From the NCBI GenBank assembly GCA_030704615.1, contig CM060734.1:12462001-12526000 (forward strand): DNA of 64,000 nt, read 5' to 3'. Each line of letters begins with the position of its first letter. Position 1 is the first letter of the stretch. The translations under genes and the position numbers were made by a program. The notes beneath the pieces are model-generated. The model did not search any database. It had not been told where the DNA came from and saw nothing but the letters and a program-made list of their open reading frames with translations. Source of the DNA: Takakia lepidozioides (Eukaryota > Plantae > Bryophyta). Shown piece after piece: positions 26,180-38,396 of the stretch.

Positions 26180-27549
26180 TAAGCGACCGCTAATACTACG
26201 GTCGCTATTTTTATTTTTTATGAAAAACAAGCGACCGCCACTACTGCGGTCGCTTTTATTTCCTTTCATTTTGTGCAATATTGCGGTCACTTCTATTTTG
26301 TATATTTTTATTAAACGACCGCCTGTATGGCGGTCGCTATTGTTTATATAATGCGATTGCCGGTATGGCGGTCGCTTCATTTGTTAATATATTTAAAATA
26401 AAGCGACCGCCAATATGGTGGTCGCTTTTATTTTTCATATTTCGAAAAAAACGCGACCGCCAGTAAGGCGGTCGCTTTTAATCTTTATATTTTATGGCGG
26501 TCGTTTGATTTTCTATATATTTTTAAAATTAAGCGACCGCCCAATGGCGGTCGCTGTTTTTTTTTTTATATTTTTGAAATTATCCGACCGCCATATGGCG
26601 GTCACTTGTTCTGTACATATTTACAAAATTGTGCGACCGCCAATACGGCAGTCGTTTGTTTTCTTTTTTAAATTAGGCGACCACCAATGCGACCGCCAAT
26701 CTTGTTTTTTTTTAAATAAATTGAAGCGACCGCCAAGATATCGGTCGCTATGTCTTTTTTTAATTCGAAAAATAAAGCGACCGCCAGTGTGACCGCCAAT
26801 ATGGCGGTCGCTATTTCTTTTTCTATTTCGAAAAATAAAGCGACCGTCAATGCGACCGCCAATCTTGTTTTTAAAAAAAAAATTGAAGCGACCGCCAATA
26901 CGGCGGTCGCTATTTTTTTTTTAATTTCGAAAAACAAAGCGACCGCCATAATTGGCGGTCGCGTTCATTTTGTTAATTTTCAAAAATGTATTTGCTACCG
27001 TGCAACCGCCAATACGGCAGTCGATTGTTTTCTTTTTAAATTAGGCGACCGCCAATACGATCGCCAATCTTGTTTTTTTAAAACAATAAATTGAAGCGAC
27101 CGCCAACATAGCGGTCGCTATTTGTTTTTTTAATTCAAAAAATAAGGCGACCGCCAGTGTGACCGCCAATCTTGCTTTAAAAAAAAAAACATTTGAAGCG
27201 ACCGCCAATATGGCGGTCGCTATTTCTTTTTCTATTTCAAAAAATAAGGCGACCGCCAGTGCGACCGCCAATCTTGCTTTAAAAAAAATAAAAATTGAAG
27301 GGACCGCCAATACAGCGGTCGCTATTTCTTTTTTAATTTCGAAAAACAAAGCAAATTGGCGGTCGTGTTCATTTTGTTAATTTTCAAAATGTATTTGCCA
27401 CCGCCACCGTGTCGGCGACATGGCTGCTTAAGTGGCAGTATTTTACCTGGTACTATTTTTACCAGAATATTCCCCGAACTTGACGAGACGGAGGTCTCGT
27501 CAGCGTCAGGTCCGACGTGACCTGACGCTGACGGACGGACGTGACCCTG
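26180..27549. repeat. hAT subterminal palindrome array (AAGCGACCGCC-N5-GGCGGTCGCT) and terminus
   Basis: Dozens of GCGACCGCC half or full palindromes in A/T-rich spacers upstream of the transposase. Ends GGACGTGACCCTG (reverse complement CAGGGTCACGTCC, hAT-like). Confidence 0.75.
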
Positions 27550-28079
27550 ATAACCGGGCGCCCCCTCACTGCGACTTACAAAGCAGAGAGAGTCTCATTT
27601 ACTCTATAGAAAATCGACGCGTGTCATTACAGTTAAGAAATAATGCCATATAGGTTACAATTAATAAAAATGTCCCTGGGGGGTCCAACCCGCAGTTGTT
27701 AAAACAACTCCAATTTATCATAATATTAAAAATGTCTATTTTCTTATTTTTTGGAAAACGACATATAAGTTGGCGCCAAACCCGCAGTGGTCTCGGCAAC
27801 TTCAGATCGTCATCCGCCATGCCTGCGTGGCCAAAATTTGCCTGCGACGACTGGCAAGTCGTCATCCACAACCTGGAGTCCCAAGCGCAGTCGCTTCGGA
27901 CCGAATCGCAACCGCAAGTCGGGTCCGAAAAACACCTATTCCTTGTAGTGGTCCCTGTGTAGAAGTAGGATATGGGTATTGCAGTGCCAGGGAAGATGTG
28001 ATAAGCACCGCAAACATCATCCCTGACAAACACCTAGATATGCAGCTGCCACAATCTAAGGCTATGCGTGATGCAATGA

Positions 28080-28345
28080 CAGACATGCTTGCGACAACGC
28101 AAACATCTTGCCTGCCACTCCAATACCCAGGGGTGATGCAGTGTCAGAGATGCTTGCGGTGCCGCAAGCATCTTGCCTGGCTCTCCAACACCCTGGGGTG
28201 ATGCCCGGAAGGCACCACAAGCATGTCTGGCACCCCATCACCCTTGGGGTTTTGGAGTGGCAGGCATGCTTGCGGTGCCGCCAGCATCTCCTCTTGCTAC
28301 CCTTGTTAGGCAGCCCCAGATGATGCTTGCGGTGGCGCAAGCATC
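28080..28345. repeat. Short array of GATGCTTGCG..CGCAAGCATC palindromes
   Basis: Copies at about 28085, 28149, 28266 and 28322. Confidence 0.6.
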
Positions 28346-29029
28346 ATAGAAGGTCAGAGAGAAGAACAGAGAGAAGGAAGAGAAGGCCAAAGAGAAGGCC
28401 AGAGAACAGCCAAAGAGTACAGAGACACGTGAGAGAGCCAAGTAGAAGACCAAAAAAATGGGCCCTGCCGCCTGTTTTGGATTCTGACAACCTCATTCAC
28501 TGTTTTATTTTATTTTATTTTATTTTTAAATTTATAAATTTAGGTACATGAAGCTCAACCTGTTGGACAAAGGTGCGCTTGCCAGAGAACCTCCATTCTT
28601 CTTGGCATGGTAAGTCCTAGCCCCGACTCCATGTACACCGCGGATATGGTGGAGTGACACCTGGAGCATTTGCGCGACTGCCCTTGGTATCTAGACCTTC
28701 CGGCCGGCATGCTCGACCCTTCAGAGTTTCAATTGAAGGTGGATGCAGAGGCTCGCCGAAACCGAGCTCCACTGGCTCCCCTGGGTCCTCAGGAGGCCAA
28801 GGCACTTGCCAAGTCCCACAAAGCGGCCTTGCTTGCACAAACTGGCATGCAATCCAAGCTGGAGGAGAAGGCAAAGGGGGTGAAGAAAAAGACCAAGAAA
28901 TAGGGGAAGGAGCCGATCACCCCCAAAGAAGCAGAAAATATTCAAGGAGGCCCGGGAGGTGGCGCGGGAAGGGGCAGAGGGACGTGACTCGGACAACGAC
29001 TTTGCCCAAGGCCCTGGTCCTAGTCCTGC

Positions 29030-30356
29030 TGGTTCAAGTGGAGGGGATACACTTGCTTCGAGTGTGGGAGGATGGTCGGGTGAGGATCGTGCCTCACCCA
29101 ATATAGCGTACACGGTTAGTGCGGCATGCCTATGAGGAGTTGGGGCATTTTGGAGTGCGACGCACTCATAGTTTACTGCAGGGGCAGTATTTGGTGGCGT
29201 GGTATGCACACAGAGGTGCAATAGTTCGTGGCTAGGTGCATGGTATATGACAGGGTGCGTGCTTCATTCAACGCCCCTACACCACAGTTGCATCCATTAT
29301 CCATCATGGGATTGGGCTACAGGTGGAGTTTTGACTTTGCGGGGCCATTGTCATTGACGATGCGCCACCACAGATATGTGTTGGTGATGGTGGAGCACTT
29401 CTCCAAGTGGATTGAGTTGGTTCCATTACCTGACAAGGCTAGTGAGGGGGCTGCGTATGCATTCCTGGATCGTGTGCTTAGCCGATTCGGTGCTCCAGCT
29501 GAGGTACTCACGGACCAAGGGAGAGAGTTCTTGTGTGATAAAGCCTTGATAGACCACCGTACCACTTCTCGGGATCATCCTGAGGCCGATGGCTTGGCAG
29601 AGAGAGTGGTGCAGACGGTGAAGAGGGGTTTGCGCAAGTATGGCTTGCAAAAGGGACACCTAGGAGATTGGGATCTCTCAGGTACCTTGGCTAGCCATGG
29701 GCTACAGGTTTAGCAAACAAGCATCACTTGCCTCCTTCTCACCATATTTCCTTCTCTTTGTCCGAGAGCCAGATTTGTCTACGTCTATTTGCAGGGAAGC
29801 TGCAGTAGTCCTCAACCTTGATGATCCGGATGTGTGGACACAAACATGTGCCCAGCGGGCAGAGTTGTTCCAGAGAGTCATGCCTATGGCTTTTGAGAAT
29901 CTTGCTATTTACCAACATCGAGACACATTGAGGTATGTCACTATACGTGGAGGGGGATATCGGCCAGGTGTTCGGCGTTTCCACCTTGGGGACTATGTGT
30001 ATCTGCAGCAGACAGCGCCTACGACCTTGGATGTCACAGCAGGACGTGTGATTCTAAGGGTCAGGGAGGTGTTGCCTTCAGGAGTGTTGATTCTGGAGGG
30101 TCGAGATGGCATGGTATGGAAGGACCATGTGCGTAATTGTACGTCATGTCACCTCTTACATGTGGATGGGAGGATGGATCCCACCCTTGCAGTGGTACCT
30201 ACAGGGTTGCGTTGCATGCTATGTGGGCATGCTCGTGGTGCCGCCACTATGCTGGTGTGTGATCGATGCTCAAGAGGTTGGCACATGGGATGCTTGACAC
30301 CACCTCTTGAGAGGGTTCTTGATGGAGATTGGTTATGTCCACACTGCTTGGGATAG
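29030..30356 (+). pseudogene. Gypsy integrase (Zn finger, DDE core) with C-terminal PHD finger
   Basis: EELGHFGVRRT, RWSFDFAGPL, EVLTDQGREF, HPEADGLAERVVQTVK, CMLC..CDRCSRGWHMGC..WLCPHC. Several stops and frameshifts. PPT at 30602-30616. Confidence 0.92.
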
Positions 30357-30664
30357 TGACAGCGGATATGACTAGTGGCAGCTAACAAGACATGGGAGGC
30401 CAAACTCATAGGAGTCAATACCCGAGATCTCAGGCTCAAGTTCACAGGTTGCAAGACGGCGACTAACGATGGGGCAACTCTTGTACCCGGCCTCTTGATC
30501 TATCGAGTTTGAGTGTAGTAGGGACAGTGGTGGAGGACTTAATGAGGCTATGGCCACTATCACTTCTTGTGGCTACCTGGACTTAGAGGGACCTAAGCGC
30601 CAGCTAGGGGGGCGATTGTGATGGACTAGTGGCTGCACTAGGCTCATCACTAGCCTCAGGGTCC

Positions 30665-32136
30665 TCAGACACTCCGTCTACAGTCATCCTTGCTGTAGGT
30701 CCAATCTGACCTCCCGATGCCAAGATACACAAAAAGGCAGATGCATGTCATCCCGGCACCATGCCACCGAGTTCCAGTGTCATCCTGCTGGCTCGTGCAT
30801 GGATTGCGACTCAATCCATCTGCATCCTTATTGACCAAACCCGGTCGATGCACAACCTGAAAGTCATACTCTTGGAGTATAAGTGCCCACCGTGCAAGCT
30901 TCCCCGTAAGCTTGTCTGACTCCATCAACCACTTGAGTGGCTGGTGATCCGTGACAAGGGTGAAGAGATTGCCATATAGATAACACCTGAAGTGTGCCAA
31001 GGCCCACACTGTAGCTAAGCACTCCCCCTCATATGAGCTATACTTAGACTCTGCAGCGTTGTTTGAGCAGCTAGCATAAGCCACTACAAACTCTCTTCCC
31101 TCATCATCCACCTGTGTGAGCACCGCTCCAAGCCCCAGCATGCTCCAATCTGTATGCACCTGAAAGGGATGCCCCCTGATAGGTCGTCTCAAGATCGGCG
31201 CCGATGTCAACCTCGCCTTGAGCTCCTGAAAAACTCGCTTTTGCTCATCTTCCCATTGCCACTCTTGGTCTACCTTGGTCAGCTTCGTTAGAGCCTTTGC
31301 AATAGCACTAAATCCCTTGACAAACCGTCTATAGTAGTTTGCCAACCCCATGAAAGCTCGAACTCGGCTCACATCCGTGGGACGTGGAATATGTGTGATG
31401 GCCTCTACCTTAGTCTGCTGCACCCCCAATCCTCCAAGATATATTATGTGGCCCAGATACTCAATCTGGTTGTGGAAGAACTTGCACTTCCCCGGATGTA
31501 ATTTCAATCCGTGCGATCTCAAGCGCTCAAACACCACCTGAAGGTGTCTCTCGTGCTCCTCCACCATAGCACTAAAGATGATGATGTCATCTATGTAGCA
31601 CCGAGCAAAGTCTACCCCTGCTAGAATCCTGTCCATAACTCTCTAAAACTCTGCAGGAGCGTTCTTAAGCCCGAATGGTAAGAACCGCCACTGATATAGG
31701 CAATCCTTCCCGTGCTCATTGATCCCCCATAATGCCGTCTTCTGCTTGTCCGCCTCCTTGATCGGCAACTGGTGATATCCGGACCGCAAGTCCAAAGGCT
31801 AAAGACCTTGGCATGCCCAATGGCATCAAAAAACTCCTCAGGTGTGGGCATGGCATACTTATCGGACTTGGTCTGACGATTTACAGGCCGGTAGTCACCG
31901 CACATACGTCTCTCCGTCCAATTGCCATAGACATCCTTCTTGGCTGGCATCACCGTGGCTGAAGCATACTCTCCACCAGAGAGCTCCACCAAACCAGCCT
32001 CCCAGAGATCTTGAGTCCTCATCTGAATCAAAGACCTCTCCATGTCACTGTATCTATAGGGTCTCCGAAAGATTGGCGTGTCCGTGGCCAACTCAATACG
32101 AATCTCCTGACCCTTCAGTGCTCCCAAATCCTTCAA
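30665..32136 (-). pseudogene. Gypsy reverse transcriptase + RNase H
   Basis: RMCGDYRPVN, PFGLKNAP, CYIDDIII, KCKF..IEYLGH, HTDWS, YSSYEGECLA, VTDHQPL, DADGLSR. One frameshift near 31800. Confidence 0.95.
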
Positions 32137-32599
32137 ACTGAAGGCAATTCTTGTAAGCCCTCAGGAACCGCCGTATACATCGTCTCTCTCCTCCAGTGAC
32201 AATGGGTCCAATGTCAGACTCCCAATTGTCCTCCGTAACTGCAACCTTAAGTCCAGCAAACTTAGAGGTAGAGGACCCGTCCCGTGGTTGCTATGCCACA
32301 ACCTCATGAGCAGTACTCCCTGCCTGCTTAGTCAATGACAAGGCCTCATCCTGCCCCATCATCTCATCCTTGAGGACCTCCTCAACCCGAGAAGAATCCC
32401 CAACCTCATCCATCACAGCCGCCTTGGCTGCCAACTCCCTCTGAACCTCGAGCACCTCCCACGTGTGCCATGGATGTCTACACCCCGTGGTCCGCACCGG
32501 CTCGCCCCCACTCACTGCCTGTACCATCTCGGTAGGCAGAGAGACTGTCAAGGGAAGTGCACTCCACACTCTACGTTGCTCAGCCATAGCCAAGTTGAT

Positions 32600-33550
32600 A
32601 ACCCAGGTCAAGCAATTTAGATCCATCGCTTGCCCCAACACCTGACGACGTAATGCCTCAGAAAGAGAAGACACCGCCGTGGTCCCAGTGGAAAAACCCA
32701 TAGCCCGCTCTCGCTCGTCGGCATTAGGCTCCCACTAACTACTGCAACTGAGCACCCCACAAGAGGCTAGGTCCACTATCTCGGAAAGCATGCGATCCTG
32801 GGAAACTGAGCAGTGTAGGTAGTGCTGCTCGTGGTTGACCCACCTTATTGACCACTGCCAAAGGCGAACGGTCATCGACACACGCTGAGACTGCCTCCCT
32901 GTGTCCAAGATGCTATCAACTGTGAGGTGTGCTGGCCGCTGCATCCCATCAAATGCACGCTTGAGCAGTGCGGGTGACATCAAGTTAGTCCACCATATCC
33001 GTGGATGATGAGCCCGTGACTGCAACTGCATCCAGCAACACTGCTGACCCAAGCCACGACCGGACTTGATGCACACTGGCCATCACCCTGGCCCGAGAAT
33101 CGCCCAGCAGTGGCACATTCTCCAAGATGTATGCTGGAGATACAGCTTGATGAAGCTGTAAGTGGCGCAAAACCCGCACCATCTCCCAAAACAGACCCGA
33201 CCTCGAGTCTCGCAATCCATTGCCATGCCTGGCTGATGAATGCCCTTGGCAAGGCCAACCTGCCACTACCAAATCAATGGAGCCAACCCGCTCCAAATCC
33301 TGCACCCCCAGCAACGAAATGTATGCTGGCAAGGCCTGCTGATATCCACGAACTGCAGACACCGACAACAACTCAGGGTACTGCTGCACCAACTGAGCAA
33401 CATGACGGAGTGAGACGCGTCGTGCGGTCTCATCCCTCTCCACATACAAGTAACGCGTACTCGTACACTTGCCTGTAGAACAGCAACCAACCCGGTGCTG
33501 ATCCCACCAAACAAGTCTAGAAGGCAAATGCCTTCATCCGGACACTGCCA
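32600..33550 (-). pseudogene. Retrotransposon-encoded C5-cytosine DNA methyltransferase (DNMT3-like motif order), frameshifted
   Basis: I LLDLFGGISTG, II YVERD, IV DLVVAGWPCQGHS, V GLRDSRSGLFWE, VI YILENVP, VIII SRAHHPRIWWTN, IX ERERAMGF, X RRQVLGQAMD. Confidence 0.9.
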
Positions 33551-33925
33551 CACGATCGGTGTGGTGTCCAATGGTGACAACTGAGGTGGTCCTGGTGCAA
33601 TCCCCGCACTGTCCTCCTCACCTGACGGTACAAAAGCCTCTACCCAGGCTTGTTGCACATGACAATCAGCAACCCGCTGCAAATCCTTGCTCGAGCCCCA
33701 CAATGGAGTGTGAGCAACCATGGCAGACAACTCCGCCATACCATACATGTCATCTAGCTCTCCCGGAGGTGACACGTCCTGTGAATGAGTGTTGCCATCC
33801 AACAACTCTTCAGGCCAAGTCACTGCAGCTGTGAATGCTGTCAGTGTTGGCATCTTGCCTCGCTGGGCAACCGCAACTCCTCCTATGAACGTCACAGGGA
33901 GCTACACGCGCCGGCCCTCCCCTGA

Positions 33926-34291
33926 CTACCATCCAGGCCTATAGGAAGCTGACTCCTCCCAAAAATCCAGGGTGAAGCCCATGGGGTACAACATTGCCCC
34001 ACCAACAAGGACATCGTACGAGACCGCGTCTGTCACAATGGCCTTGGCTCTCATCACTGAGCCATCTGTAGGATGATCTCGCTGTAGTCTGATAGCCAAC
34101 TCACGCCGTGTCATGCCCCGAGCCTGCTTTGATCCTCCCAGAGATGTCTGCATCTGGAAAGGGCACGGCTCCATATCCGCCTCCGTGAGGCCCAAGCTTG
34201 CAATAGCAGCTCTGCCCAACATCAATGGCTGAGCTCCCGAGTCCAACAAGACTCGGAGTGGCCGGTACCTCTTGCTTGTCGGTCCACTCAA
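33926..34291 (-). CDS. Retropepsin aspartic protease domain
   Basis: VLLDSGAQ catalytic motif and YDVLVGGAML C-terminal motif. Confidence 0.85.
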   Translation of the reverse strand: MSGPTSKRYRPLRVLLDSGAQPLMLGRAAIASLGLTEADMEPCPFQMQTSLGGSKQARGMTRRELAIRLQRDHPTDGSVMRAKAIVTDAVSYDVLVGGAMLYPMGFTLDFWEESASYRPGW

Positions 34292-34832
34292 ACAGAAAAT
34301 GCCATCCTAGTTGTCTAACATAACAACTCCAGGTGTCACCATGGCGCGCTCAATGGCTGGCCTAGCTGGCAGCTCCATCAACCTGGCAGTTGCAGCTTGC
34401 CATGGTGCCGCCGTGGCAGTCTTGACCCTCACATCCGAGGATCCCTCCGGCACTACACCTCCCACTATCTCCACAGAAGATGAAGTAACCTCCCCACTCT
34501 CACAAAGTGTAGCTGCCAGCCTGAACACCTCAGCTGGTCTTACCCCCGGCGTCGCAATCATGGTAGCCGAGAACAATAGAGCCTGGCACACAGCTGTGGC
34601 CGCCCCCAGCAGCACACTAGCTGCCGTAGCCTTGGCAACACTAGGTAGTGGTGCTGCCCGTGTAGCTCTCCCCAATGGCATGGTAACCTCCGCCTCGGTA
34701 ACAGTCGGGCGAGAACTAGGTGCCATGGACGGCGTCGACACTGTCTCCGCCAATGTGAATGACTGAGGAAGCCTGGCCTGACGGCTTGCCTTCCCATGTT
34801 GTGGATCCAACTCCACCTCTGCACCCCGTGGC

Positions 34833-36524
34833 TCAGGAACTCGTGCCGCTCCTCGAGTCACTGCCGTAGCTGACTCCACTTGCACTAGTGGTAGTGCTGC
34901 CCCGCTCATAGTGGTAGTGGTAGTGCTGCCCGACACTAGTGGTAGTGGTAGTGGCACCCCTCACTAGTGGTAGTGCTGCCCCGCACATGAATCCCATGCC
35001 TCCCATGTCTCCTCCCTCATGAGCAGGAGGTGGACCATCCGGCCTTGGAGCCGGTACCACATGAGCTGTGGCCATGGCAGCGAGCCTCTGCTCTAGCTGC
35101 TGAAGCCGGTTGGCCATGCCTTGGTCACCACCCTGACCTCCGCGTCTTTGGCCATGTTGAGTTTGCCCTTGGCTTGCACCTCGTGCCTGGCCACCTCGTC
35201 CTCTCTGGGCTGCTCCACCTCGCCCCCGGCCACCATTGTTCCCTTGGAACTGGCCTGGGCGCAACTCAGGGTGCAAACCATAGCACTGGGCTTCTCCATG
35301 CTCGTATTTGCCACAATGCCCACACTGCAGATGTGCAGGCTGTGCCGGTGCCAAACCATTACCTCCCTCTGGGCAATCCTTCTTAACATGGGGTCCTCCA
35401 CATGTCCAGCACACCACATCCGCCCGTTGTTGGCTAGCAAATGAAGGGAGAGACCCCTGCATCTGAGGTCATCTCTGCCCTTCCCTGGGCTTCACCTGAG
35501 CCCCCTTGTTGCCTTGAGCACGTTGAGGTAGTGGCTGGCTAGGAGCACCACTACCCCGTGGTGCCTCCTTAGCAAATCCCACCATGACCACTCGTTCCTC
35601 CACCATGTTGAGCTCTATCCGCTCTGCCAGCAAAAACACATTTGCTAAGGTGGGTTGGGCCGCTTGTAGGAGAGTTGCATCCCGCACCCTTCTCCTCAGC
35701 TCCTTGTCCAATATCCCATACCAGAATTGGACTGCCTGAGCCTCCGTAACCCCTTGGGTTACATTAATCAAGCGCCTCATGCGAGTGAAAGCCTCCCTCA
35801 AGCTCTCAGTAGGCTTTCGTTGGAACTCTTGCGAGCTCCTCAACTTCTCTGTCCTCACCCCTTGGTAGTTCCTTCTCAACTCTTCGAAGAACTCCACAAC
35901 AGGGTTGAAGGCAGGCACCGCCACTGGTGCTGGTGCAGCAGTAGCTTGGGTGGACATCGTAGTTGTTGTACCACTAGTCCCACTACTGCTCGTGGAAGCT
36001 GCTGTTGTAGCTGCCGCTGCTGGTGCAGCTGCCGGTGTGGCTGCTGCCCTTGTGCCTCTAGTGATGGAGACATAGTCGGGTGACCAATACATCCTCCACT
36101 CTTCGATCTCAACATCGTGCCCCCGCCTAAACTCATGGTAATCATCCATGGGCGGCCCCTCAAGGTGCTGAAATAGCCCCTTCCATGCCATGAAAGGCGT
36201 AAACAGTTGTGGATTGCGCATTTGCTGCAAGTCACACCAACTATCAAACTCTTGGATAAAATCATCCAACTCAATGGTGCCCACCGCCCCAAAGTACCTA
36301 CGTGGCCCCTTGGTGGCTCCATACATTTCCTCCATTGTGTCCCACAACAATGGCAAGGAAACAACTTGCACCACCGGTGTGAGTCCTCCTGATTCACAAT
36401 CCGAATCAGAACCTTCCGTAGAAGATACAAGAGGTGAAGGTGGCCTAAACCGCACACCCCGTCTCGTATACCCGCTAGTATCGCTAGTGCTCGTACCGGC
36501 ACTTTCCCCAGCAACTAGTGGCAC
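34833..36524 (-). pseudogene. Gag (capsid-like region + two CCHC zinc knuckles)
   Basis: QRKPTESLREAFTRMRRL, CWTCGGPHVKKDC, CGHCGKYEHGEAQC, RGG-rich tail. Frameshift near 35465. Confidence 0.85.
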
Positions 36525-38396
36525 CTCCGTGTTGACAAACTGACACTCAACCGGTCATGAACATGTCTCTAACCCCCTCTCCACAAGGTATCCGGGTAGA
36601 GAACCTGATGCGGCTTATGGTTTGGAATACTAGGTTCCTAACATAGCCTGCACCTGCACCTACATCCACCGCAGGCACTCCCATGGTTGGCTGGTCATCA
36701 CCTCCAACCTCACCACAAGAGAAACAAAGATGGTCTGACTGGTCATCAACCCAGCCTCACCATCGACAGCATGCTCTAGGTTGGATCGGCGATCAAGCCC
36801 GAGTCAACCACCTATAAAATCAAGCGCCCACACAAAACTAGCATGGCGCACAATCAAGCATGCAGGTGTGGAGGGGATCCAAACACAAGAATGAAAACAA
36901 CAACTCCCCCACACCAAAAATCTCTCCACAGTGTCGCTCCTGCAACCCAACCCAAACTCGGACCGACTCTTGCCTCCACCTACAGAAAGGTCTCGGCTTA
37001 CAAAGAAGGTGGAAAACTACGAGGAATGGAAGCTAAAGCAATGTCTATCCCCAGCACGCTCTCATCCTAACACCCTCTTTTTTTTCCTCTCTTCTCTCAC
37101 TTGCATGACCATGACAGCATCCTGTAGACACTCCTCAAACCGCCCTCCACGAGCTCATGAAACTTGGCCTCCAAGGCCCCATGCAAGCCTCCACAGGGTC
37201 CGCCAGTGCCTCCTTACGTCCACCAGCCATTCCTCCGAATGGAACCACCTCAGTAAACCACACCATTCGCTGAAGGTTCAAAAATGGAGCAAATAGAGGT
37301 ACATATAGGCCCCCAACAACATCCTGTCCAAAGAAATTACCTGCAGGCGGGTCTCCCCCATAGTTAAAAATTGGGCTGAAAACCCCCAAAAAGATTACCT
37401 ACAGGGAAGTAATCCCCTTTGTTAAAACGCAACAGGGAGGCAATTCCGACTTTTTTGCCGGATCAGCTAGCTCAAAACCGTTGTTCTTCAAAGCCCAGCC
37501 TCCCCATCAAGGTCCCACGAAACGAGTGAAAAAAAGTTTTTTTTTTTTTTTTTTTTTTTAATAATAATTATTATTATTATTAAATAATATAATAATTTAT
37601 AAATAAAATAATTAATATTTTTACTCTGCCTGTTCGCAGCCTTCCGTGGCTCTAACCGCCACTACTCCTCACGGCCCACACTAGGCACTCGTTGGCCACG
37701 GGCTGCCCAGTGATACCCCGTGGTACCACTCCCACGAGCCTTCACGGCCCGCCATCCCCACTATCTGGTCACCGTGCCCACCCGTTGTGTCCGCACCACG
37801 ACTTCCAACGGTCACGGTCAACGGTCACGCCCTGGGCTCGTGATATCTCGTGATACCGCCCCAACGGCCCATCATGGCCACTATTCCCTGCGTTCCCTGG
37901 AACTCCCAACGAGTTCCCATGCGTTCCCGAGGCGTTCCCGGCGTTCCCACGCGTTCCCGAGCTCTCCCCGAGCTGGGGTTTGCTCCTGCACCTGCTGCCG
38001 ATGAGCTATGGCTTCTGCGGAGCCATCAGCCCCGTCGCCCTGCACTTTTGAGCTCTTACGACCCACTAGAAGTGCCTCCAACTCAACAAGCAAGCTATAT
38101 GCTACCCAACAAGCCCCATTTTCTTCATGAAGCTCACAAAAACAAATCTGAAAATACACACTTTTACAAACTTGGTGCACCTGCACTTCTCATGCATCTC
38201 CCTTGGCTCTAGGTTGCCTCGTTGCTGCCCTTCCAGCCCCGCTCTTGCCACTCCAAGAGCCCTTACACTGCTGAGTTTCAGATTGAAACTCCAACTCAGC
38301 ACATGTTTCACAAGTGCACTGATTTGCACACAAGAGGGACCAACCCCCTCTCTAATAGGCTCATGCACGGATCCCTGCACTCTAGGCTGAACTGCT

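Noticed and set aside
26180-27400. CRISPR-like repeat-spacer appearance
   Set aside because: The spacers are low-complexity A/T runs and are themselves duplicated. There are no cas genes, and the position next to a hAT transposase fits subterminal repeats.
32600-33550. Bacterial restriction-modification methylase or contamination
   Set aside because: It is embedded collinearly between gypsy protease and RT, has no partner nuclease, and a second copy exists in eukaryotic context.
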